Of a stretch of 64,000 bases of DNA, positions 50,972 to 62,777 are shown piece after piece (positions within the stretch are counted from its first letter, which is position 1; the number at the start of each line of letters is the position of its first letter). Made by a program: the position numbers and the translations under genes. Source of the DNA: Azolla caroliniana. Taxonomy: Eukaryota; Plantae; Polypodiophyta. The notes beneath the pieces were generated by a model that searched no databases, was not told the origin of the DNA, and saw only the letters and a program-made list of their open reading frames with translations. Location: positions 6,944,001 to 7,008,000 of the forward strand of contig JBHGNT010000022.1 in NCBI GenBank assembly GCA_043228905.1, in the 5' to 3' direction.

Positions 50972-51310
50972 ATATTGTATGTACAGGTAAAATGTGTGTG
51001 CCACTCTTGTGTAATTTGAGTAAGAGAATCAAGGTTTAACGTGAGGAACTGAGAGTGAGAGCGTTTGTAACTTGTTCGCAAACCTCTTGTGTACAGGTCA
51101 GAGAATCAAGGTTTAACATGAGGAAGTGAGAGTGAGAGCGTTTGTAACTTGTTCACAAAGTTACGATAGTGTAAATATAGTGGCTCAAGAATGATTGGCA
51201 ATCATTGTTGCCCATTTTGTTACCAATATGGTATACAAACCTCCTTTTATTTTTTCGTTATATTGTATGTACAAGTAAAATGTGTGTGCCACTCTTGTGT
51301 AATGTGAGTA
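50972..51310. repeat. Tandem duplication of the host sequence into which A6 inserted (other copy at 45610-45786)
   Basis: AGAATCAAGGTTTAAC(G/A)TGAGGAA...GTATACAAACCTCC...TTATATTGTATGTACA is repeated on both sides of A6. Confidence 0.85.
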
Positions 51311-53321
51311 TTCCTAATTTGTTTGAGGTAAATTTATGGGTTGGAAGTTCTTTGAAATTTAATGTGGGTTTATAAAAGTGAGAGGGAAGGTGAATTACCA
51401 TGGTGTGTAATATAGAAGCTAGGCTCAAACCAAGTATAAGTTCAATTGGTCAAACCCAATGCTCAAGGTCCCCCCTCCTTTTGTGTTTGGGTAAAGTTCT
51501 TGGGGGAATGGGTTTTTACGATAAGTGGGAGGGAATGGGTGACTTGATGTAGTGTCTACTAATGTGGAACCAAGTCTAGGTCCCTCCTATGTTTGGGTAA
51601 AGTTCTTGGGGGAATGGGTTTTTATGATAAGTGAGAGGGAATGGTGAGTTGTAGTGTCTACTAATGTGGAACCTAGTCTAGGTTTGGCACAAACGATGTC
51701 CCATAGCAAAGGATAAGAGGAATAGCCAATGGGTTGTTGCATCGACATAGCACATAGCAACAACGCAAGAAATTGGCTTTAGCCATAGCCAATCTCCTAA
51801 ATTGTCCTGGGATTGATATAGGAAGGTCATAAAGGTTGGTTTAGGAAGGCCTTTGGGCCAAATTTGAAAATCAACCAACAGCCAATTAGATGCTAGGGTG
51901 GCTTATTGCACTCACTTTTGATTTAGATTTTCAGCATATTGCCCAGCATCCAACACACTTCTGATTTAGGTTTCAGCATATTGCCGAGCATCTAATGCAC
52001 TTATGGACTTTAACTAGAAATACATGGGCAGCCCTACACTGCGTACAATTACCACAGTTACAGGCTAAAATATTTGAGTAGCCAACCTACTTAGCAACAC
52101 AAGGTCGTTAAAATTTTATACGCAAGTCTCCACAACACAAATACAGTGCTCAAGGAATGCCACTTGGTATGTTGATTTTCCCTTAAACCTCAGAACATAT
52201 CTAATGTCATGGTAGTAAGAGCCTCGTTGCACACAATAAAATCTACACCTAAGACTGGACTAGTTTTCAATCACTAGTAAAAACGGGATACCATATATTT
52301 GAGCTCAAATATGTATAGCACCTGTAACTCCTAGAGAGGAGCAGAGCGATAACAAATAGGATTTGGGGCGTATTGCATTATATACAAATTTCCATCACAC
52401 GACTGAGAGATGGCCCCCATTCAGATACTGCAAGCTCACCACTACAAATTTCGCAGAAGACAGCGGAGAGAGATAACTAGAGCAAACCATATTCCAAAAT
52501 GAACCCATTCGGATATTGCAGAGACCAAACTCACCACAACAAATTTCCAGAAGACAGCATGAAGACAACTCGATCAAACCATATTCCACGGTTACATCTG
52601 ACACTTTTCAAATGACAGCTATCAGCCATGGCAATAAACCAATCTCATTCTACACCCAAAACACAAAGATGCACCCAAGGAAATGTGAAGAAAATTACAG
52701 TATTACAACCAAAAAACCACAGAACACTTCCATTTTCCTTTAAATGCCTCCACATTTACAACTTTGTTTCAGCCCCCTGATCGAACACATACAGAACAAT
52801 AGAACAAATCACCATATTATTGCTCAAAAGGTATTGTTGGGAGAAAAAGTTACAAAATGTGTAAAATGAGGAGATTTTAAACAGATGAAAATACACGATC
52901 ATTAGTAGTTCCCATAGATGGAATCATATGAGAAACGAACAAACAACTATTATCCCTGATGCAAGTACCTGACTATGTGCGGGACAATAGAAGAGCATAC
53001 ACATAGATTTATGTCTTCAAGATTCCGACAAACACAAAAAACTGTGAAGATCATATAAATGAGACAGGTGCGAGATAGGCAAGAGAACTTTGGTGATCCA
53101 AAATTCATGAGTGATCAAGAACGAAGCACACACACACATATACATTTTTTGAAATATGTCAAAATTCTGTAAGAATGCATGAAGAAAAGTAGGGAGCAGG
53201 AAAGAAAGAAAGAGAACAATTGCTACAACAAAAGTCAAGCAGTGAAACATCCATATGTGGTAAAAAGAAAAGAAAAAAAAGAAGAGAGAAAGAACTATAG
53301 AATAGAGCACGCATTCATTGC

Positions 53322-53759
53322 TCAGATCTTGTCGATGTCCTCATCCTCAAACTCGAGGTAGTCATCGGCGCCTCCTTCGTCCTCCTCATCCATGCCACCG
53401 GCGATACCCTCGTTGAGCCTGACGTTATCCGGGAGCTCACCGTAGGCTTTCAGGAGGCGGGCTTCATCGGGCATGTATTTGAGGATGACGTCCGCCTTGT
53501 CGTCCTGGTAGTCTCGGAGGCCGACCAGGACGATGTCGCCTGATGCGATCCACACCTTCTTGTGCATCTTCCCACGGATGTGGCACAGCCGCTTGGTGCC
53601 GTCGATGCACAGCGCCTCGCACCGTCCGTTCCCCAGCATCCTCAGCACCTGCGCGTACTCCTGCCCATCCTCCTTGAACACGAGCTCCCGCTTCTCGTCG
53701 TCCGCCTCATTCTTCCCACGCTTCCTGTTCTTCCCTCCCTTACCTTTGTTCTTCGGCAT
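53322..53759 (-). CDS. eIF1A: Eukaryotic translation initiation factor 1A
   Basis: 145-aa intronless [20 protein letters not shown]...[15 protein letters not shown]...[15 protein letters not shown]...[13 protein letters not shown] with an acidic tail. TATA-like ATTATAAAAA on the minus strand at ~54080. Confidence 0.98.
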   Translation of the reverse strand: MPKNKGKGGKNRKRGKNEADDEKRELVFKEDGQEYAQVLRMLGNGRCEALCIDGTKRLCHIRGKMHKKVWIASGDIVLVGLRDYQDDKADVILKYMPDEARLLKAYGELPDNVRLNEGIAGGMDEEDEGGADDYLEFEDEDIDKI

Positions 53760-55714
53760 ACTACACTACTCTACCTCCCTATCTCTGCCTCTGCCTCTGC
53801 CTCTGCCTCAGGAGGAGGATGAACCTCTCTGCTCTGATCTCTACTGCCCCTCCCTGCCTGCCTGCTTCACAAGAAAAAGTAAAGACAGATCAACCTCCTA
53901 ACCTTTCTTTTCTCCCCTGCTATACATATATGTACATATATGTATGTATAAAGAAGAGAGGAGGAAATCCGGGGCTTTGCTTGCTCCCTGTCTCCTTCTC
54001 AGTTTCTCCTTCCCCTGCGTTCTTCGTTGCTGTCTCTTCTGACTAGTCTGAGAGAGGAGGGAATCAGGAAACCCTGCTTTTTATAATGCTGCAGTGTGAG
54101 TGAGTGAGTGAGTCGGTCGATCAGTCAAGTCAGTCGGTGGACACACGCAAAGGTACTCCTCCTCTCTGCTTCTGCTTCTGCTTCTTCTTCTTCTTCTTCT
54201 TCTTCTTCTAGGCTATGGCTATGGCTAGATACTACATCTAGCGATTCACACCATAATAAATATATTTATGTAATTACTAATGGCCATGGTTGGGCGTGCT
54301 CAATTTCTATATGTACATAGTGTTGTCGTTTCATCTCGTTTTCTGCCCGCAAACTCGAGTATGTAATGTCTCTCACGGACCAGCAGAACCCGGCCTCCTT
54401 CTGCACACCGTACGTATGTCTGCGAATAAAGTCATAGCACTCCGAAGGTGGAGCTCTGTAGGCAGAGAAGAGAGAGAGCGAGAGCGTACGAGGGGCTTAA
54501 CTTCGCGATGATGTTGGACATGTGCTAAGTTCTCGAAAATGTGTAGCACTACGATGCAATCTTAGCCCTCATCTCATCAACATTTGGTGGAAAACCATGA
54601 AACAACTTTAACCATTTACCATTGCACCACCAACATTAGAAGCATTCAATGGGCGTTTTTATTTACAATTGAAACAAGGTGACGTAGGTTTTAATGGTTG
54701 GACTATCCGCTCATAACATTGAGATATTGCCTCGTTCTCCTCGTTGGGTACAAACTCATGGACATTCTTTATGGAAAAATCACTAGGTAGGATGCATGGT
54801 GAAAGGAAAAACTTATCAACATTTGGACTCTAGCTATACTACTTCAATGAAGCATATGACAGTGTGGAAATATTTGTTGGGTATGCTTCCATTGGGATCT
54901 CAACTAGATAAATAAAAAAGGAGGTAATGGAGGATCGGAAACAATTATTCATTTGTAATGTACGTGTACATAAAAAATAGCTTTTATCCATCAAGAATCG
55001 AATAGAGAAAGGGATCTTTATTTATTATAAGAATAACAAGGGATCTTTGAATGCATACCGGTGCCCTTCCATAAATTTAATACCTCTAGTTTTTTGCATC
55101 TTCACACCTCGCCTTAATATTGACTAGCCACTTGACTAATGTACAAATTTGTCGCTTGTCCATTATGCAAGATGCTACCACAATTATCGTGTGAATAGTA
55201 ACATTTCATGTTGGTTAAAAATCTAGGTCATGCCTCAAGATGCACATGTTTCAATTCACAAAGTGATGAGAAATGCTACATAGAGTTGGGACATAACTCA
55301 ACAAATTGACAAGGTATATGCCTTGTTAGTTATACACGATCTTATAGCTCATCAACTTTGTATTTGTCCATTAACAAGCTAAATTAGGGAGGGCTGGAAC
55401 AACTCGATATGAAGTGGAACTAATAATATAGGGATTCAAAAATGAGATGTTGAACACTAGTTGAAGATGCATATGAAGAGGGAGTGGTAGGAAACAAGAT
55501 ATGGGAAGAGATCACAAATGGACCATGATGTTAATGATCTACCTTGCTACAGGCCTAGTAATTTTAGATTAAGTTGAAAGAAACACATGTGATCCCGTCT
55601 TGTGAGACGAAGGTCAGCTCAAGGTTGTGACCTTGATAAACTTGAAATTCCCCTACTGAGGTAGGGAAAAGAAAACAGTTGTACACACTCATATAGTGAT
55701 TTGTTTTGGATTTG

Positions 55715-55812
55715 TGTAAAGGTTTACATGTGTGGAAGCTTGTAAGACAACATACACAGCTGGCTCAACCGGACACCAAAAGACACTTAGGTAAACACAG
55801 AGATGGATAATA

Positions 55813-55849
<37 letters not shown>

Positions 55850-56108
55850 GTGAGCAGACAACAAACTCTATATTAAAAAATAAAACTCAATACAGACAAT
55901 GTGCTCACAGAGCACTTTATATACAAGCCCTGACAATGGGCGGACACGAGTCCTTTAATGCTCATAAGTGAGCATCTAACATCAACTGCCTATTATACTC
56001 CCATTGATAAAAATAGGAGTATAGGCGTCAAACGACGTGTCGACTCCAAGTCGATCTAGCCTTTTGGCTTCTTCAGCCGATTCAGCATGTTGAGCTTGTC
56101 ACTCAACA
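55715..56108 (-). mobile_element. Old solo LTR related to copia family A
   Basis: TGTAAA...GAGCTTGTCACTCAACA. Flanks ATTTG and ATATG form a TSD with one mismatch. Confidence 0.75.
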
Positions 56109-58374
56109 ATATGGAATGTCTAGGATGGTAAGGATCTATGATTGTAAAATACTCTATGTCGACATTTGTGACACCCATCATGAATGATTGTTATGAATGG
56201 CCAATTAATTGAATGGATGAGCAGCAGGTTAAGGAATAATTTCACGTACTCAAAGAAAAAAATCATGGTCATTTTGTGTGTGCCTTGAAGTTGTAATGTA
56301 CTATGGAACTCATGATACAATATTTTTTGTCATTGCTACCTTGGACCAAGAAGGCTTTGCGTTTCGTTTTACAAGCTCTTCAATGTTTGTTGTGGAGAAA
56401 GAGGGATAAGATCGAGATGATATGGGTTGTGCAAAACCATCACACAACTCATAAGCACTTGGAAGGAGTTGCATTATTGGACTTACAGACAAATAATATA
56501 GCTTGTAGATTTCATTTTTGCAAGACATGTATTTGCATTCACAACCATGTATATCTATTGTCCAATACTTCATTGAGAAGGAGGGTGTAACACATAGGAG
56601 GAAAATGGTTTTAGGCATAGTGGTGGCAATTACTTAACGGATGCATTCCACTTAAATGTGCAAGATGTACTCGAGGCCCATGGTTGATGATTTTTTTATT
56701 TTGTTGAGGTGTAACAAATATTATGCATCTTGGCCAACTATGGATGGGTTTGTTTGGTTTTAGCTACAAGTGTAAGTACTGTGTAACATAGATATCAGAT
56801 CTTTTACTTATTTAAAATGAAGAGAAATCATGAATTGATTGATGTTTACAAGGTGAAGCTCAACTTTTTCAAGTACGTACTAATTAATCTCTTGTACCAG
56901 TACTCTATTGGGTGTCTTTGATGACTACAACTAAGGTTAAACAATAATGGAAAGTAAATACATAACTTGCAAACTTAGTTGGCATTCGAACAAGCACTTA
57001 TTTCTTTTGCACTATCCAAGTAGTATTCATTGATTCATATATGTAGTGTCCTATTGTTGTTCAGATTTGGTATAACATTTCTTAGATTTGGCAAGTTTTG
57101 TCACATTGTCATTTGATGCCAAGACGATGGGTGTTTGAACAATTTACACAGCTTGAGTCAAGATTAGAGATGGAGATTGTTTTCTTGTTTTTGAATATTG
57201 GGAATTGTGTCATGAATCATGATTAGGATATCCCACAATAATTTTATATTTTATGGTAGACATTGAGCTAGGCATAACTAGAAAAGTTAGTATTGATGTG
57301 ACAATTTTGTTTCTTGGAACAAGTCAAAATTCTTTTCTTAGTGGATTGTGGAATCTTCATCTTGCCTAATGTTGATTATGCATGTCCCTACACTACCCAT
57401 GTAGAAGTGACACCAATTTAATTGTGGTAGCATTGTATGTTTTTCGCACAAATGTATTGATATAATTGTGTTTTCACCATCAAAAGAGAGATTTTATTGT
57501 TGTCCTTGGGAATTAAAATTGACTTGTTTTTCATGAATAGAGAGAATGAGAGAGCTCCGTGAAGTAGGTTTCATATATCTTTGGGGGATGACCATATTTG
57601 GTGCTCATTATCTACTTTGTTGATTCTTTTATATGATTGAATTACCCTCATCAAGTAATGGGTAGACTTGGGAAATAAATATGGACACTGAAATAAAATG
57701 CCAATGCATGTTGAATTGCTTGTCAATAGAGAAATTTTAATAGTTTGGCATTTGAAATGAGTCACACTATTAAAATTTTAAGTGAATATTGGAGAAATCC
57801 TAAATCTACACCTTCATTAGTCTTCTCCTATAGTAAAGCAAAAGTTGATAATATTCGTCTTGTTGCTTCTTAACAGGATCCCTCCTTTGATGAAATTCAA
57901 AGTATTTTTTGTTAGTTCTCACTTATTTATCATACACATTTCGACCTAGTGTCAATCATTGAACGTTTCAGGTCTCAAACCAAAAACATTACACTGCTAG
58001 GAGCTCCAATTATTCCTCTTTGAAACAATTGGGCACTAGATTCCTCCATCCCGCATTGATGCAAATTTGGTTCAATTCTTTTTATTTCAAATGTTGAGGT
58101 TGCTGATATGCTCCTTAAGATGGTTCAATATGGTACTTTTTGAGTGGATTTTTACACATTTCTGAGGTCAAACACATCCTTTGGAGTGTTTGGCATTTTT
58201 TTGAAGTTAATCTTGTCGATCATAAGCTTGCTCATGTTTTTCCTCATAATTCATAATGTCGCTCATGTTTTCCTTCACAATTCGTAATCTTGCTTATGTT
58301 TCCTCATTTTCTAGCAGAAATTGTGAAACAAAATGAATAGATGCTTGTGCTAAATCTTTACGCTTATCCCAACT

Positions 58375-61242
58375 CTATGAGACATTAGGTTGTACATCTG
58401 CATAAACATGAGACATTAGAATATAAGCAACTGAATCTTTTTCATCCAATTGTAGCGCATGTTCAAATGCTTCCCTTGCTAAATTTACATCACCCCATTT
58501 TCTACATGCACCTAAAATCGCATGGCACGCCACAAGATTGGTATAATGGAATGGATTTTCTTTGAGAACATTTACTGCTTTATCCAATTGGCCTGCCTTC
58601 CCAAGAAGATCAATGACACAATTATGATGCTTATTAGATGGAACAATTCCATAATCTTTACTCATAGCTTCCAAGTATGACTGGCTCATGCTATATAAAC
58701 CTCGACGATTGCAAGCACTAAGAATAACAATGAAAGTCACCATATTAGGGGCAGTACCCTCTCCCACCATTCTATCAAAAATATCAAAAACATTCTCACT
58801 TTGTCCTCGTTGAGCATATCCTGCCATCAGTACCGTCCACGAGACTACATCTCGATCACAAAGCTTTTCAAACACTTGTTGTGCCATTGGAAGTGAACCG
58901 CATTTGACATACATATCAACTAAGGTGTTCCCGATAATAATATCTCCTTCAAGCAACCCTTGCCTTTCAATATTGGCGTGTATTTCTTGGCCTTTTTTTA
59001 TAGCTCCTATGCTTCCACAGGCTTTCAAGCTGCTAACAAATGTAATTGAATTTGGAGGTATAAGTGCAAGTTGCATATGCTCGTAGCATTCCAATGCTTC
59101 TTCATTGTGCTCATTTTCAATATATCCTTCCATCAATGTGCTCCAGATGACTACGTCTTGAGCCAAAAGATTGTCAAATACTTCCCTTGCTCTGTGAGAC
59201 AAACCACATTTGGCATACATTTCGATCAAAGCACTACCAATAGAAAGATGCCCTTTGAGATGTCCATATCTCTCGATTTCTGAATGTATTTCTTGACCCT
59301 TATTTAGGTCTCCTAAGGTACCACAAATTTTCAACATAGAAACTAATGTGGCACCATCTGATGAGATCCCTTCAAGCTGCATTCTCTCAAAATACTCGAT
59401 TGCTTTCTCACTGTGACCATGCTCAGCAAATCCCACAATAAGTGCAGTCCATGAAATGACATTTCTCATTGGAAGTTTATGAAACACTGCTTGTGCTATG
59501 ACAAGAGAACCGCATTTGACATACATATCCACAATTGCACTACCAACCACAACATCGCTTTGCATCAATCCTTGTCTTTCAGCCTTAGCATGTATCTTTT
59601 GCCCAATATCAATGGCCTTCAAAATGCTACAAGCTTTTAGGCTTGATGCAAATGTGATTGCATCAGCATAGAAGCCCTCACGTTGCATTTGTTCATATCG
59701 ACTGAGTGCTTCCTCAGCATGTCCATGTTCCACATATCCTGTTATGATGGCATTCCACGAGACCACATTCCGGTATGGAATCTTCCCAAACACTTCTTGT
59801 GACATATAAATCAACCCACACCTCGCATACATATCTACCAATGCATTTCCAATGATGATTTCCTTCTCTAGTAAACCTTGTCTCTCAATCTCGGCATGCA
59901 ATCCCTTCCCTTTACTGACATCTTGTAAACTACTGCAAGATTTCAAGATGCAAACAAATGTCACAACGTTAGGGGTGACACCTTTCAGTTGCATTTGCTC
60001 AAAGTAGTGAAGTGCACTAACATTATGACCATTTTCAACATATCCAGTGATCAAAGTGGTCCATGAGATAACATTTGGGGTCTTTATCTTATCAAAAACC
60101 TTTTGTGCTTTGATAATATTACCACATTTACCATACATATCAATCAATGCATTTCCAAGTACAATGTCTCGTTTATGCCTGACATTTTTATTGATCTCAA
60201 TATGTATTTTTTCACCCTTTTGAATATCCCCAACCCCAGAGCAAGCTTTCAAGATAGACACATACGTGACCACATTCACAAGCACACCCTCAATTTGCAT
60301 TTCTTCATACAGTTTAAGTGCTTCTTCACTATAGCCATGCTCAACATAACTCAAAATCAATGCCGTCCATGATACCACATCGCGCTGAACAAGGTTATCA
60401 AAAACAATCTTTGATTTCGTGATGAAACCACATTTTCCATACATATCGATCAAAGTATTCCCAAGAGCAACATTTCTCTCAAGCAAACCTTGCGTCTCTA
60501 TCTCATTATGTATACATTCACCTAGAGTAAGGTCACCCATATTGCCACATGCTTTCAAGATGCAAAGATAAGTAACTTCATTAGGCACAACACCCTCTTG
60601 AATCATATCATTGTATAGACCTATGGCTTCTTTGCAACATCCATGGTATATGTAACCTGAGATAAGACCCGTCCACGACACGATATTGCGACTTTGGAGG
60701 TTATCGAACACTTGTCGGGCACAAGAAATGGAGCCACATTTCGCATACATATCGATCAGCGTGCTTCCCACAAACACATTGTGGTCGAGAAAACCAAGCA
60801 TTTTGATTCTTATATGAATTTCTATGCCTTTCGAAATGTCTTTTAGATGGGCACAAGCCTTCAACAAAGACACAAATATTCTCCCACCATCATCATGATA
60901 GCTTATACATCCCATTTGCTTCATTTTTTCATACAAATTCAGAGCTTCTTGTGGTTTCCCATATTCGACATAACCAATAATGAGTGAATTGGAGGCAGTT
61001 TCCGGAAACCATTCAAAAACAAACTGAGCATCATCTATACTCACAGATTCAACCATTATGAATACCAGGTGGTTTTGGAGTATTCTTTCTTGCCCTGCTT
61101 CTGTTAGGTATGACAGCAGGGTTAGTGCATATTTCGGGTTTCTGGATCTTCTGTAGTTTTCCAAGAGACCTTTGAGTTCTCTGATGAAGCATTGAGGAAG
61201 CAGAGAACTAATGGGACATAGAGAGAGGGAATTGTAAAACAT
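58375..61242 (-). CDS. PLS-class pentatricopeptide repeat protein (E subgroup, no DYW), putative organellar RNA editing specificity factor
   Basis: 955-aa uninterrupted ORF with about eight S-P-L triplets (LIDMYAKCG / VVSWTALI / TFVCILKAC). These are followed by L2 (TFIVILSAC), S2 (CVIDLLGKAG), E1 (AILGACRKWG) and partial E2 (AYILMSHVYA). The start codon is uncertain. Confidence 0.93.
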   Translation of the reverse strand: MFYNSLSLCPISSLLPQCFIRELKGLLENYRRSRNPKYALTLLSYLTEAGQERILQNHLVFIMVESVSIDDAQFVFEWFPETASNSLIIGYVEYGKPQEALNLYEKMKQMGCISYHDDGGRIFVSLLKACAHLKDISKGIEIHIRIKMLGFLDHNVFVGSTLIDMYAKCGSISCARQVFDNLQSRNIVSWTGLISGYIYHGCCKEAIGLYNDMIQEGVVPNEVTYLCILKACGNMGDLTLGECIHNEIETQGLLERNVALGNTLIDMYGKCGFITKSKIVFDNLVQRDVVSWTALILSYVEHGYSEEALKLYEEMQIEGVLVNVVTYVSILKACSGVGDIQKGEKIHIEINKNVRHKRDIVLGNALIDMYGKCGNIIKAQKVFDKIKTPNVISWTTLITGYVENGHNVSALHYFEQMQLKGVTPNVVTFVCILKSCSSLQDVSKGKGLHAEIERQGLLEKEIIIGNALVDMYARCGLIYMSQEVFGKIPYRNVVSWNAIITGYVEHGHAEEALSRYEQMQREGFYADAITFASSLKACSILKAIDIGQKIHAKAERQGLMQSDVVVGSAIVDMYVKCGSLVIAQAVFHKLPMRNVISWTALIVGFAEHGHSEKAIEYFERMQLEGISSDGATLVSMLKICGTLGDLNKGQEIHSEIERYGHLKGHLSIGSALIEMYAKCGLSHRAREVFDNLLAQDVVIWSTLMEGYIENEHNEEALECYEHMQLALIPPNSITFVSSLKACGSIGAIKKGQEIHANIERQGLLEGDIIIGNTLVDMYVKCGSLPMAQQVFEKLCDRDVVSWTVLMAGYAQRGQSENVFDIFDRMVGEGTAPNMVTFIVILSACNRRGLYSMSQSYLEAMSKDYGIVPSNKHHNCVIDLLGKAGQLDKAVNVLKENPFHYTNLVACHAILGACRKWGDVNLAREAFEHALQLDEKDSVAYILMSHVYADVQPNVS

Positions 61243-62283
61243 GCTTCATGGCGATTCTACCATGATACAAAGACAGAGACAAAGACTGACAGAGATAGGT
61301 TTCTTTTCGTTCTCCAACTGCCCCACAGTTTTCGTTATTTCCCCGAAAAGCACCTGGCCGTCCTTGAGAAGAGAGAAAAAAGCGATGAATAGACAATACA
61401 TATTATAACCGCTCAAATAGCAAAGAAAATTAGGAAATTGGGGATACGGATTGACCATATAAATTGCTCACAGACCACGCAGAATTGCTCTTGTGGGGCT
61501 TGAACAAGGGCAGTTTGGAAATAAGGTAGAAACTGAGGACTATTACGGAAATTTCCCCGACAAAACACCAAGAAAAAACGCAGGTATTGACAACACCATC
61601 TACCCAAGTCGTTAGTGCACCTGACCTCGCTGGACAACAGCGAGAATCCAGTAGAAAAGTTGGGCATTAGAGTTAATAACCTAATTATAGTACATACATA
61701 CTAGGAACCTTGGTGAGAAAAGAATAGCTATGGAGGCGCGTTACAAGAGTTGGAACAATTGAAGTCGTCCGACAGCAAGAAAGATGGATGTGAAATCCGC
61801 CTTTCTGAATGGCATTCAAGGAGGATTTACTGTTGCACAAAGCCTTCAATGGCAGTAAAGGCAGGTATTCTGGCAGTAGTAGATGGATGGACTCCTCATC
61901 AAAGGAGATGTTGATTTCTTTCTTGGTCAGAGCAGGCGGAACCTAAAGTCCCGAGTTCAAGATTGACGGATTATGGGTCTGATGGACTCAATATAAATTT
62001 GGGGTTGCAGGTGTAATCAAATCCAAAAAGGGGCGTGGAGAGATAGATAGAGATGGGTAGAGATCTAAGATCTAATCTATCCTCTGAATTCTGACTAAAG
62101 GGAAGGGGGGGGAGGAAGAAGAAATGCGTGGCGTGAGAGGAGGTCGCAAGGAAATTCGAGTGCACTGTTCAGCAGTCGTTGCTTTGTTCTACCATAGAAA
62201 ACGAGAAAGAAAGACAGACACGACACACACACACATGCTGCGTATTCAGGGATTTGAACTTAGTGACTGACCTTCGCGTAGAC

Positions 62284-62534
62284 CTCCATTATAGGCTTGA
62301 GCTTTGTTAACCGGTTTGAACTCGGTTGGGATGGCTCAAGCCGAACCGGACCGATTTGGGCCAAACCGGTTAAGGCTTAATCAGCTAGGCTAAACCGGTT
62401 CTTAAATAGGTTTAGGCTTACGCGGTTTAGGAACCAGTTCGGTTCAAGTTTTGAAACTCTCAAACCGGTTAAGGCTTATATCGGTTTGGTTTGGACAAGG
62501 CCAAATCGGTTAAGCCGAAACCCAAACGTTGGAG
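62284..62534. mobile_element. MITE-like element rich in AACCGGTT palindromes
   Basis: CTCCA...TGGAG termini and repeated AAACCGGTT(AAGGCTT) motifs. Flanked by a ~90-bp direct repeat (62196-62288 and 62544-62627). Confidence 0.45.
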
Positions 62535-62777
62535 ATTCGTAATAGAAAGCAAGAAAGAGAGAAGAAAAACAAACACACGTGTTCGGTCTTCTAGGATTTG
62601 AACTTGTGACCTTCGTGTAGACCTCCAAGGACTTATATACAGGATGAGTTAATCATGATTGGTAGAATATAAACAACTATTCCATAGTGATCAACATCAA
62701 GCTTAGGGTTCTTTGCAATCACTTTCTTGGATTTTTACCTTGGAATGTTGATGGTCATCATCATCCATTATCATTGT

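Noticed and set aside
51485-52000. Two-copy duplications (~105 bp at 51485-51682; ~42 bp at 51920-52000)
   Set aside because: They are real but look like ordinary local duplications with no further structure.
52320-52970. Intron in the eIF1A 3' UTR (CAG|GTACTT on the minus strand at ~52968)
   Set aside because: Only a donor-like motif is visible. No convincing acceptor or transcript evidence.
54700-58320. Additional host gene between eIF1A and the PPR gene
   Set aside because: There are only short AT-rich ORFs without recognisable motifs. The region probably holds very old LINE or DNA-transposon debris that cannot be called from the sequence alone.
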